Of a stretch of 24,978 bases of DNA, positions 9,909 through 18,028 are shown one piece after another. Source of the DNA: Pseudothermotoga sp. (GTDB taxonomy: Bacteria > Thermotogota > Thermotogae > Thermotogales > DSM-5069); the NCBI GenBank assembly GCA_041640575.1, contig JBEPZZ010000011.1, positions 22,130 to 47,107 of the forward strand, given 5' to 3'. The notes beneath the pieces are model-generated. The model was not told where the DNA came from. It made no database searches and saw only the letters and a program-made list of their open reading frames with translations. Every line of letters begins with the position of its first letter. Positions within the stretch are counted from its first letter, which is position 1. The position numbers and the translations under genes were made by a program.

Positions 9909-10568
9909 TTAGATTGACAAAATTTCAAAGGAGTTTGAGAATAGATCAAAAAACAAAATTCTGTTTATCAAGGCATTCCCGGTTTGACAAATTACTTTAA
10001 CTGTTTCGGAAACTTCTATGCATGCTGCCACAAGCACAGTTGGTGGGAAAACTTGCCTCACGCGGTTCTCGTCTTTCGCTCCGTGATATAGCGTTCTGAG
10101 TGACGGCGTGCAGTCGTATGCTATAACCGTGATCTGGCCACGATATTTCTCCACGCCTGCGTGAACTAAAGGTACTTTCTGCTGTTCACACAATCTGTCT
10201 AAAAGAAACTTTCCATGAAAACTATCAAGACAATCTATAACGACATCTACCTTCGGTAAAATAAAATTTTCATCAAGCTTCGCGTTGATTGGGTAAAGTT
10301 GCGTATGAGGACTTATTTGGATCAATTTTTGAGCTGCAACTTCGGTTTTAAGTTTCCCAATGTCTGCGAGGTCAAACAAGATCTGTCTGTTTAGATCAGG
10401 TTCATCGATCGTTGCGAAATCCGTAAAGAATATTGTTCCAATGCCTAGACGCGTCAACAAATTCAAAACTGTTGATCCTAAGCCTCCTGCGCCCGCAACA
10501 AATACCTTCGCGTTTCTTATCTTTTCGAAACACTGATCAAGAAGTTTGCTATGCCTCTCGAAAATCAT
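9909..10568 (-). CDS. ThiF/MoeB/HesA family E1-like adenylyltransferase
   Basis: GAGGLGS nucleotide loop, DLNRQILF..DIGKLK and DVVIDCLD. Confidence 0.9.
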   Translation of the reverse strand: MIFERHSKLLDQCFEKIRNAKVFVAGAGGLGSTVLNLLTRLGIGTIFFTDFATIDEPDLNRQILFDLADIGKLKTEVAAQKLIQISPHTQLYPINAKLDENFILPKVDVVIDCLDSFHGKFLLDRLCEQQKVPLVHAGVEKYRGQITVIAYDCTPSLRTLYHGAKDENRVRQVFPPTVLVAACIEVSETVKVICQTGNALINRILFFDLFSNSFEILSI

Positions 10569-10858
10569 CCGCCACTCACTGGTACAAAGATCACCAGTTC
10601 TCCATCTTTGATTGCTTTTGGATCAAAGTCCAAAATATTCACTCCGTTATAAAGAGCAACGACCCAATTTCTTTTTGTCTTCCCATTTTCTTGAACAACG
10701 AGGTAGACGTTCTCTTCTTTCTCATCTATCACTAGGCTAACTTGCTTTTTTAGAATTTTTGACAAATTCTCAAAGATATCTTTTAGGTTTTCTCCGTCAA
10801 CCTCAATCTCTTTGATTCCGACCATATCGTTTGAAATATTTCCAAACCTTATCTTCAC
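10565..10858 (-). CDS. MoaD/ThiS family ubiquitin-like (beta-grasp) sulfur-carrier protein
   Basis: 97 aa, ending in ...YNG...IKDGELVIFVPVSGG (C-terminal di-Gly). ATGA overlap with the E1 gene and GGAGGAG RBS. Confidence 0.85.
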   Translation of the reverse strand: MKIRFGNISNDMVGIKEIEVDGENLKDIFENLSKILKKQVSLVIDEKEENVYLVVQENGKTKRNWVVALYNGVNILDFDPKAIKDGELVIFVPVSGG

Positions 10859-10877
10859 AAATTCTCCTCCCGGATTT

Positions 10878-10885
10878 ATTATAAT
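10878..10885. promoter_or_regulatory. overlapping -10 boxes (ATTATAAT) for the divergent moaD and pfkB genes
   Basis: The palindrome gives TATAAT on both strands within a 47-bp intergenic gap. Confidence 0.4.
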
Positions 10886-10905
10886 GCACGCAAGAGGTGA
10901 TTCAA

Positions 10906-11670
10906 ATGAGAATAGGTGTAGTTGGAGGAACTTTCTTAGACCTCTATATTTACGGCGAAGAAGCTCACTCCGTTGAAATCATAGAAGATTGTGGAGGATC
11001 AGGATTAAATGTGGCTTTTGGTTTAATGAATTTCGGGTTTGAAGTACTCTTTTTCTCAAACATTGGTGATGATCATCGTGGTCAAAGAATTCTTAACCAG
11101 TTAAGGAAAGAAGGTTTCAACCTAACTTATATGAGCGTTGTCAAGGGAGAAACTGGCCTTCATGTTGCTTACAATGAAAAAGTGATAGCTGTAAGCAGAG
11201 GCGTAAACCGTTTACCTGTGAGCTTGGATCACCAAATACTTGAGACCTGCGATGCCATATTTGTTAATACTGAGGTACCCGTTGAGACAATCCAAGATGT
11301 GTTGAAAAACCATAGAGGTAAAAAAATCTTTCTGGAATGTGGTCCAAGACCAATTTTGGATAACTCAATAAAAGATTTATATGACGTTCTTGCAATCGGT
11401 AATGAAAGAGAATGTCAAAAGATTTCATGCGATGTTGTAAAGATGGGACCAATGGGAGCAAAATGGGGAGAAATCTTTGTAGAAGCCGATCGGCAAGGGT
11501 ATAAATACACGATTGGCTGCGGTGACGTTTTCGATGTTGTGCTGCTAGTCTCCTTAATCTACAGCAAAGGTAAAGAAGAAGCTTTGAAAAAAGCTGTTTT
11601 TATTTCTCAGGAAATGGCAAAATCGATTAAAGGAGCTTTCAACAAGATGAAGAAACTAACCAGCCTGTGA
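10906..11670 (+). CDS. PfkB family carbohydrate kinase
   Basis: GGSGLNVAFGL...IGDD.RG N-terminal signature and C-terminal TIGCGDVF anion-hole motif. GAGGTG RBS. Confidence 0.85.
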   Translation: MRIGVVGGTFLDLYIYGEEAHSVEIIEDCGGSGLNVAFGLMNFGFEVLFFSNIGDDHRGQRILNQLRKEGFNLTYMSVVKGETGLHVAYNEKVIAVSRGVNRLPVSLDHQILETCDAIFVNTEVPVETIQDVLKNHRGKKIFLECGPRPILDNSIKDLYDVLAIGNERECQKISCDVVKMGPMGAKWGEIFVEADRQGYKYTIGCGDVFDVVLLVSLIYSKGKEEALKKAVFISQEMAKSIKGAFNKMKKLTSL

Positions 11671-11685
11671 AATTTTGTACCAAAG

Positions 11686-11718
11686 CAAATAAGCAAGACT
11701 ACTCAGTCCTTGTATTTT
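11686..11718. terminator. putative bidirectional intrinsic terminator between convergent pfkB and gntK
   Basis: CAAGACT-actc-AGTcCTTG stem with one bulge, flanked by AAATA and TATTTT. Confidence 0.35.
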
Positions 11719-11733
11719 CCAAAAGCATTTTAG

Positions 11734-13227
11734 TCATTTTTCCATGAAAATTTTTGAGTGCTTCTCGTATGCTTCACGCAGGTAAGTGACAAGAAATTTA
11801 AAGAATTCGTATCTCTTAGAGTAATACTCTACTTCCGCTGAATTCGGAAAGTAAGTGCGCTTTATTTTCAGCATCTTTTCACTTGCTTCTTCCAAAGTTT
11901 TGTAATATCCCAAGGCGTGGCAACCAAGTATGCTTGAACCTAAGAGTGCTGTTTCTTGTGCCTCCATGATCTTCAACGGGAGGTTGAAGACGTTGGCAAA
12001 AATGTTCATCCAAAGATCTGAAGCTGTTCCACCACCACCGGCCCTCAATTCTTTTATTTCTATATCGTTTTCATGCAAAGCGTCAAAAGCAAGTTTCAAA
12101 GAGAAGACAACGCCTTCCATACCGGATCTTATGATATGTGCTTTTGTGTGGAAACTCTTTAATCCAAAGAAAACACCAGAGGCAACATTACCTATCTCTG
12201 GATATCTTTCTCCTGTTATGAACGGCAAAAAGAAAAGATCCTTTGTATTATCATGAGATGCAAGGGTAGTCAAATTCTCGTATGGAAGTTCGAAAACATT
12301 GTCTCGAAACCATTTCAAAACAATGCCAGCGTTGTTTATGGAACCACCGATGAACCATCTGTTGCAGCAAAGATAACAAGCTTGAAATCTTTTTCTCTTA
12401 TCTTTGTCAATCACTGGTTTCGGATATGCGACCCTTATCATTGCTGTTGTGCCAAGGTTAATTATTCCGTAGAAACCTTGCAAAGCACCAGTTCCCAAAG
12501 CAACTGCGCCACTGTCATAAACGCCGTTAAGAACCATCACATCTTTTCTTAGACCAAGAAGATTTGCAATCTCCGGGTGAACAGTGCCGACTATCCTTTC
12601 AGCTGGTAGGATTCTTGGAAGCTGGTTTTCTTCAATACCTAAAAGTTGAAGTGCATACGGATCCCAGCTTAGATTATGGATGTTCATCATCTGGGTTGAT
12701 GATGAAACACTTGGATCCGAGATTATTTCGCCTGTGAGCCTTAGAGATATGAAACTTTTGGAGCAAAGAAAGTATCTGGTTTTCTCAAAAATTTCGGGTT
12801 TTCTTTGTTTCAACCAGTATATTTTTGCAAATGGGTACAAAAACAATGGAGCGGCACCTGTCCTGGCATACAACTGATCGTAATCGACTGTCTCTTGAAG
12901 TTCACGAAAAGTTTCCTGTGATCTTGTATCTAAAAGCGTGATTATTCCAGTTAGTGGTTTGAGATTCTCATCAACAGGCACAAGCCCAAACATGTAAGAA
13001 GAAGGAACAATTATTTTAATCCTATCCTCATATCCTTGGGATACATTCCTGCAAACGGATACAATCGTATCAAACAAAAGGTCAGGATTATGCTCGGCTC
13101 TTCCAGAAGAGTCCTTCTCAACCGTTATTTCCTTGGTCTCAACTTTTAGAAGTCTTCCAGTGCTATCCAGTATTCCGGCTTTTACGTTTGTGGTTCCAAC
13201 ATCTAAGGCCAAAACTAAATCTTCCAT
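11734..13227 (-). CDS. gntK: FGGY family carbohydrate kinase, gluconokinase-like
   Basis: LDVGTTNVKA, NLGTTAMIRV, GGSINNAG..LKWFRD, FLPFITGER.P, EGVVFSL. The pattern resembles Bacillus-type GntK. Confidence 0.75.
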   Translation of the reverse strand: MEDLVLALDVGTTNVKAGILDSTGRLLKVETKEITVEKDSSGRAEHNPDLLFDTIVSVCRNVSQGYEDRIKIIVPSSYMFGLVPVDENLKPLTGIITLLDTRSQETFRELQETVDYDQLYARTGAAPLFLYPFAKIYWLKQRKPEIFEKTRYFLCSKSFISLRLTGEIISDPSVSSSTQMMNIHNLSWDPYALQLLGIEENQLPRILPAERIVGTVHPEIANLLGLRKDVMVLNGVYDSGAVALGTGALQGFYGIINLGTTAMIRVAYPKPVIDKDKRKRFQACYLCCNRWFIGGSINNAGIVLKWFRDNVFELPYENLTTLASHDNTKDLFFLPFITGERYPEIGNVASGVFFGLKSFHTKAHIIRSGMEGVVFSLKLAFDALHENDIEIKELRAGGGGTASDLWMNIFANVFNLPLKIMEAQETALLGSSILGCHALGYYKTLEEASEKMLKIKRTYFPNSAEVEYYSKRYEFFKFLVTYLREAYEKHSKIFMEK

Positions 13228-14231
13228 AGGCTTTCCTTTATCAGTATGTCTATGATTTCTTTATTCACAACTTCATTTGGAATTTGTTTTCTCATAACTT
13301 TTTCAACGTCGTCAACAACCTTATCCCCCATGCCTTTCAAACATTCGTAAGTATACGCCGCTATGTGTGGGGTTATTACGACGTTTTCGTATTTCAGAAG
13401 TGGATGAGTCCCATCTATCGGTTCTCCCTCCACAACATCGATACCAACGCCTGCGACTTTTCCTTTGTTTAGGTACTCCATCAAAGCTTTCTCGTCGATG
13501 AGTTCTCCTCTGGCCGTATTCACAATGATCACATTTTGTTTCATCATTTCGAATTCCTTATAAGAGAGCATATGGTAGTTCTCATTGGTTAAGGAAGCAT
13601 TTAGGGAAATTATATCCGAAACTTTCAAAAGTTCCTCTAATGAACAAGGTTCTGCCCCTCTTTTTCTTATCTCATCAGGCGAAAGTTTTGGATCATATGC
13701 TATGAGACGTACATTAAAACCGTTTTTCAATATTTCACCAACACGGCTTCCAATGTTTCCAAATCCTATCACTCCGACGGTTTTTCCCTTAATTTCCCAT
13801 CCTATGAATTTTGCACGTTCTTTCCATCTACTTTCCTTAACTGCTACTGCAGCCTCCCTAATCTTCCGTATGACGGTCATCAAAAGCGCGACGGAAGTCT
13901 CCGCAACAGCTTCTCTTTCTACTTCTCCAGTCACTTTCGTTACAATCACCCTTTTGATAGTCGCACTTTTTACATCTATGTTGTCGTAGCCAATGCCATG
14001 CCGTGAGATTAAAATCGTTTCATCTTTGTGCTCGAAAAATTCTTTGTTGAAATAAGGTTTTACGCTGGCTATTATTATCTGAAAACCTTTGAGCTTTTCG
14101 GCCAAAGCTTTTCCATGTATGTCCTCAGGAAATTGAAATCTCTCGACCTCGCCATATTTCTTGAGTTTTTCTATATGTTCAGGAAAGTACTGACCAAAAC
14201 TGCTTGAATTGACAATAGCTATTTTTACCAT
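13215..14231 (-). CDS. D-isomer-specific 2-hydroxyacid dehydrogenase
   Basis: RHGIGYDNID, GVIGFGNIG (Rossmann), VNTARGELID, DVVEGEP and TPHIAAYT (catalytic R/E/H). Confidence 0.92.
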   Translation of the reverse strand: MVKIAIVNSSSFGQYFPEHIEKLKKYGEVERFQFPEDIHGKALAEKLKGFQIIIASVKPYFNKEFFEHKDETILISRHGIGYDNIDVKSATIKRVIVTKVTGEVEREAVAETSVALLMTVIRKIREAAVAVKESRWKERAKFIGWEIKGKTVGVIGFGNIGSRVGEILKNGFNVRLIAYDPKLSPDEIRKRGAEPCSLEELLKVSDIISLNASLTNENYHMLSYKEFEMMKQNVIIVNTARGELIDEKALMEYLNKGKVAGVGIDVVEGEPIDGTHPLLKYENVVITPHIAAYTYECLKGMGDKVVDDVEKVMRKQIPNEVVNKEIIDILIKESLWKI

Positions 14232-14289
14232 GAAAAGCCTCCTTATTCCATCATGTAGAAATAGTGAAAAAATTTTTTGTCACACATCA

Positions 14290-14318
14290 ATCATATGCCA
14301 ACCGTTTCGGTATGTCAA
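14290..14318 (-). promoter_or_regulatory. sigma70 promoter of the dehydrogenase-gntK operon
   Basis: Minus strand TTGACA (14318-14313), exactly 17 bp, then TATGAT (14295-14290). Confidence 0.75.
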
Positions 14319-14345
14319 TATGCTTGCCAGAAGCCTTCCTGGGTT

Positions 14346-14684
14346 TTACTTCTCCCCGTGGTTTGGTACTATGCAAATGAATGATGATGGACCATCATTC
14401 ACGTTAACGAATTGATGTTCTTCGTTTGGTTCAACGAAGACAAAACTACCGGCATCTATAATTTTTTCTCCTTCCTTTGATCTAACTTTTATTTTCCCCT
14501 CTATCACGAAAACCTCGTGTTCCCATTCGTGAGAGTGATAGGGTGTGTTTGCACCAGGTTTGAGAGTGAACAACCTCATGGCAAAATTTGGAGAATTATC
14601 CGCTGGGCCAATCAAAACTCTTTTTTCAATTTTTCCATCCATCACCAGCTGGGCTTCTACATCCTTGAAATGTTTTATCTTCAT
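14346..14684 (-). CDS. cupin domain protein (TM1459-like, 4-His metal site)
   Basis: KRVLIG....PNFAMRLF, HSHEWEHEVFV and EPNEEHQF. ATG at 14684 follows GGAGGTG. Confidence 0.9.
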   Translation of the reverse strand: MKIKHFKDVEAQLVMDGKIEKRVLIGPADNSPNFAMRLFTLKPGANTPYHSHEWEHEVFVIEGKIKVRSKEGEKIIDAGSFVFVEPNEEHQFVNVNDGPSSFICIVPNHGEK

Positions 14685-14847
14685 GCAAATCACCTCCGTT
14701 TTTCATTTTACCTTAGTTTTGAACCATGAGATAACATCGACGAAGTCAGATAGAGTTGTCGATATGGAACCAACTTGGGAAAAGACTTTCGTGACTTTTG
14801 CTGGAGTTCAACCAATTAGTCATAATATAAGGGTAAGAGGTGAAAAT

Positions 14848-15483
14848 ATGCCTAAGAAAACCTTTTTTAATCTTCCAGAAGAGAAAAGAAAAAGAATCAC
14901 CGGTGCTCTAATGAAATATTTCGCGACCATGCCATACGATCAAGTTGATATAGAAGACGTTGCAAGGGAATGTGATGTTGCAAAAGGAAGTATGTATCAG
15001 TACTTTGAAAACAAAAAGGATATGTATTTTTATGTTATAGATGAGGCAGCAAAAATAGGTTTGGAAGTGGTGAAACAGGTAAATTTTCAACAAGTAAGCC
15101 TTTTTGATTTCTTAGCAGAATTTTTTGATATGTCCTGGAACTTAATGATTAGAAACCCTGATGCCTACCTACTTTTAGCCAAAGCATCATTTTATGATGA
15201 CTCACCTTACAAAGAAGAAATCAAAGCTATCTTTGACAAGAAAACAAAAACCGTTCTTCATGATATTGTTGTTAGCAATCAAAAAAGCGGATTCATAAGA
15301 CAAGATATCCCAACGGAAATCATACTTGCTTTTTTGGAAAGTACAACTTGGGGTATAAAAAGATATCTCCTAGAGCTAGCAAAAACCATGGGATGTAGAA
15401 TTACAGAACTTTCAAAAGATCACATAGGTAAGATACGCAATCAGTGGATAGAACTTCTAAAAAATGGGCTCTGCAAGATATGA
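14848..15483 (+). CDS. TetR/AcrR family transcriptional regulator
   Basis: MPKKTFFNLPEEKRKRI start and HTH IEDVARECDVAKGSMYQYFENKKDMY. GAGGTG RBS. Confidence 0.93.
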   Translation: MPKKTFFNLPEEKRKRITGALMKYFATMPYDQVDIEDVARECDVAKGSMYQYFENKKDMYFYVIDEAAKIGLEVVKQVNFQQVSLFDFLAEFFDMSWNLMIRNPDAYLLLAKASFYDDSPYKEEIKAIFDKKTKTVLHDIVVSNQKSGFIRQDIPTEIILAFLESTTWGIKRYLLELAKTMGCRITELSKDHIGKIRNQWIELLKNGLCKI

Positions 15484-15514
15484 CTTGACAGTCATATGAC
15501 TAATGAGTCATAAT
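15480..15514 (+). promoter_or_regulatory. ABC operon promoter overlapped by two tandem palindromic operators ATGACT-N4-AGTCAT
   Basis: ATGACTTGACAGTCAT (15480-15495) and ATGACTAATGAGTCAT (15496-15511). TTGACA at 15485-15490, 18 bp spacer, CATAAT at 15509-15514. Confidence 0.8.
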
Positions 15515-15543
15515 ATACATGGATTGAGAACAGGGGGAAGAGT

Positions 15544-16407
15544 GTGATTATAGAGGTAACCAATCTCACGAAATATTATAGGAACACGAAAGCAATTGAG
15601 AATTTGAGTTTCTCTATTTCGGAAGGTGAAATAGTTGGATTTGTTGGTCCAAATGGCGCTGGTAAGACAACAACAATCAGAATAATCCTTGGCCTCTTGA
15701 AACCAACCAGTGGGAAAGTTTTAGTTTTCGGAAAAAGCGTGGAAAAAAATTATGCAGCTATAAACAGACAGGTAGGCTATATTCCCAGTGAGGTGAATTA
15801 CTATCCAAACGCCAGCGTAAAAGAATTTTTCAAATATGCTCTAGGATTTTTCAAGAATGTGGATAAATCACGTTTTGAAGATCTTTGCTCTATATTGAAA
15901 GTTGAGTTTGACAAGAAAATTGGAGATCTTTCGTCTGGAAACAAAAAGAAGTTGGCGATAATTCAAGCCTTCGTTCATCAACCAAGGTTGTATATCTTTG
16001 ATGAACCAACAAACGGACTTGATCCTTTCATGCAGAAACAGTTTTACGAACTTATTCGAAAAGAAAGACGGCATCATGGTGCAACTTTCTTTTTTTCATC
16101 CCACAACCTTGCTGAAGTTCAAAAGCTGTGCGATAGGGTTATTTTTATAAGAAAGGGACAAATAATCACCAACCCAAAGGATTATTTAACAGTAAAAAGG
16201 GTCAAAGTGCTTTTCAAATCATGCAACGTAAATTTGAAAGATTTGAAAGACGTGCTCCAATTCAGAGACGAGAATGGAACTAAAGAATTTTATTACACCG
16301 GCAGAATAAATGAACTTTTGGCACTATTACGCGAATGTGACATAGAAGACTTGGTGATACAAGACGTGCCACTTGAAGAGATTTTTGAAGATTTATATAG
16401 AGAATGA
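15544..16407 (+). CDS. ABC-2 type exporter ATP-binding protein
   Basis: Walker A GPNGAGKTT, signature LSSGNKKK, Walker B YIFDEP and H-loop SSHNL. Confidence 0.95.
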   Translation: MIIEVTNLTKYYRNTKAIENLSFSISEGEIVGFVGPNGAGKTTTIRIILGLLKPTSGKVLVFGKSVEKNYAAINRQVGYIPSEVNYYPNASVKEFFKYALGFFKNVDKSRFEDLCSILKVEFDKKIGDLSSGNKKKLAIIQAFVHQPRLYIFDEPTNGLDPFMQKQFYELIRKERRHHGATFFFSSHNLAEVQKLCDRVIFIRKGQIITNPKDYLTVKRVKVLFKSCNVNLKDLKDVLQFRDENGTKEFYYTGRINELLALLRECDIEDLVIQDVPLEEIFEDLYRE

Positions 16408-16425
16408 ATTTGGAGGTGTAGTGTC

Positions 16426-17226
16426 ATAAACGTATTGAAGTGGGAATTGAAACTGAACTTTAGATCTTTTTTGGTTTGGACGCTTTTTCTGGTGGGCACA
16501 CAGTTCATGTACTTTTCGGTCTTCCCGTCGTTTGCTGGCGAAACAGGATTATTTGCAACGAAATTACAGTTGCTACCAGCTATATTCAAAAGATTGTTTG
16601 GACTTGACAGGATGGACTTTTCGGATATACTGCATTATTTTGCACTACAAGGGCAGATTTTCGTATTCCTAATTGCAAGTCTTTTTGGAAGCCGCCTTGC
16701 ATGTTCAATTGTTTGTAAGGAAGAACAGGACAAGACTGCTGAATTTGTACTTACAAGACCTATCACAAGAAAAAGGTACATCTTTGAAAAATTCTTGGCA
16801 GTAGTGGTATATGTATTACTGTTTGATACTGTCATAAGTCTTACAAACTATGTGTGCTTTCAAAGCTATAAGATCAAACCGTTTGACACAGAACTTATGT
16901 GGCGACTTTTCGCAGCTTACTGGGGTGTACATTTTTTTATGGCTGGAGTTGGTTTTATCATATCTATTTTCACAAGAAAGAGAACGAATGCTGACAACCA
17001 GATTTTATTTCTCACGTTTGGCTTTTACTTCCTTAGTGTGATACCCAGAATCACCGAGAAATTCAGAATTCTTTCGAAATTCACACCGTTTGGTCTTTTC
17101 GATCCTGCTGAAATAATTAAACTCAGACAGTTTAATGTAATTGCTTTAATCTTGGCGATACTTTTTTTCTTTGGATCAGCAATCTTTGGATTGATTTATT
17201 ACGAGAGAAAGGATATCTTTGCTTGA
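16426..17226 (+). CDS. ABC-2 type exporter permease
   Basis: About 6 TM segments, KEEQDKTAEFVLTRPITR and KFTPF motifs. Start is uncertain (ATA 16426 or TTG 16435). Confidence 0.88.
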   Translation: MNVLKWELKLNFRSFLVWTLFLVGTQFMYFSVFPSFAGETGLFATKLQLLPAIFKRLFGLDRMDFSDILHYFALQGQIFVFLIASLFGSRLACSIVCKEEQDKTAEFVLTRPITRKRYIFEKFLAVVVYVLLFDTVISLTNYVCFQSYKIKPFDTELMWRLFAAYWGVHFFMAGVGFIISIFTRKRTNADNQILFLTFGFYFLSVIPRITEKFRILSKFTPFGLFDPAEIIKLRQFNVIALILAILFFFGSAIFGLIYYERKDIFA

Positions 17227-17359
17227 ATTGTTGCTAGTTATAGGGATTAGTTACACCGATGGCTGAAAATCTGTATCTGATCATAACTGGTTAGAATTTG
17301 CCGTAAATTTACAAAGAAATTTTATTAATGAGGTAAAATTTATATTAGGTGAAGCTAAA

Positions 17360-18028
17360 CTGAAAAGTAAACAAGTGATTGAACAATTGAGAAACCTAAT
17401 TTTAAGTGAAAACATGCGTGTTGGGGACAAACTGCCGAATGAACGTGCCTTGGCAGAAAGATTGGGTGTGTCGCGAATAATCGTTCGAGAAGCAATAAGT
17501 TATCTCAAAGCGTGCGGTATTGTTGAGAGCCGTCATGGAAGCGGAAATTATATTGTGAAAGTTCCAAGCGGTTTTTTGGATCCTAACAATGGTTCGCTAG
17601 AATACGACGTTGACGAGCTGATAGATTCACGAGAAATGCTTGAAATCGCTATAGCACAAAGATATCTTAGGAATTTTTCAACTGATATAGTGCATGATAT
17701 GATAGCTGCCATACAAAGCATGGAAGCCAATTTTAAAAAGGGTGATTTGTTCCAAGTCATAGAACACGATGTCAGATTTCACAGAATCTATTCACAAGCT
17801 TGCAGCAATTTGATAATCTCTTCTTTCTTGTATCAACTTGCCAACTACATGAAGACTAAAGTTTGGTTTCATCTGAAAAGAGATTACCTTTGGGATAAGG
17901 CATATCAAGAAAGATCAATTAACACACACAAAAAGATAGTAGAAGCAATTTCTCAGCAAGATCTTGATTTGGTTATAAAAGCTATAATCGAACATTACAA
18001 AAACATCAGAGAACACCTCGAACTTTAG
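17360..18028 (+). CDS. GntR/FadR family transcriptional regulator (wHTH + FCD)
   Basis: GDKLPNERALAERLGVSR..VREA..L...G.VESRHGSGNY, plus FCD motifs D.RFH and H.KIVEAI. Start is uncertain (CTG 17360 or GTG 17375). Confidence 0.92.
   Translation: MKSKQVIEQLRNLILSENMRVGDKLPNERALAERLGVSRIIVREAISYLKACGIVESRHGSGNYIVKVPSGFLDPNNGSLEYDVDELIDSREMLEIAIAQRYLRNFSTDIVHDMIAAIQSMEANFKKGDLFQVIEHDVRFHRIYSQACSNLIISSFLYQLANYMKTKVWFHLKRDYLWDKAYQERSINTHKKIVEAISQQDLDLVIKAIIEHYKNIREHLEL

Noticed and set aside
10906..11670. PfkB kinase as sulfofructose kinase (YihV) of a sulfo-EMP route
   Set aside because: It is more than 6 kb from the SQ operon and separately transcribed. No SFP aldolase is visible, and the transaldolase route needs no kinase.
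14264..14283. Rex or CRP box
   Set aside because: The GTGA/TCAC spacing is 12 bp, not the 6 bp of Rex/CRP sites.
14545..14847. 101-aa N-terminal extension of the TetR ORF in the ORF track
   Set aside because: It runs antisense through the cupin gene and the promoter region. The real start is ATG 14848, which has an RBS and the family-typical MPKKTF N-terminus.
15544..17226. ATPase-permease readthrough fusion (same frame, single TGA at 16405-16407)
   Set aside because: The permease has its own strong RBS and both proteins are normal length, so the shared frame is likely chance.
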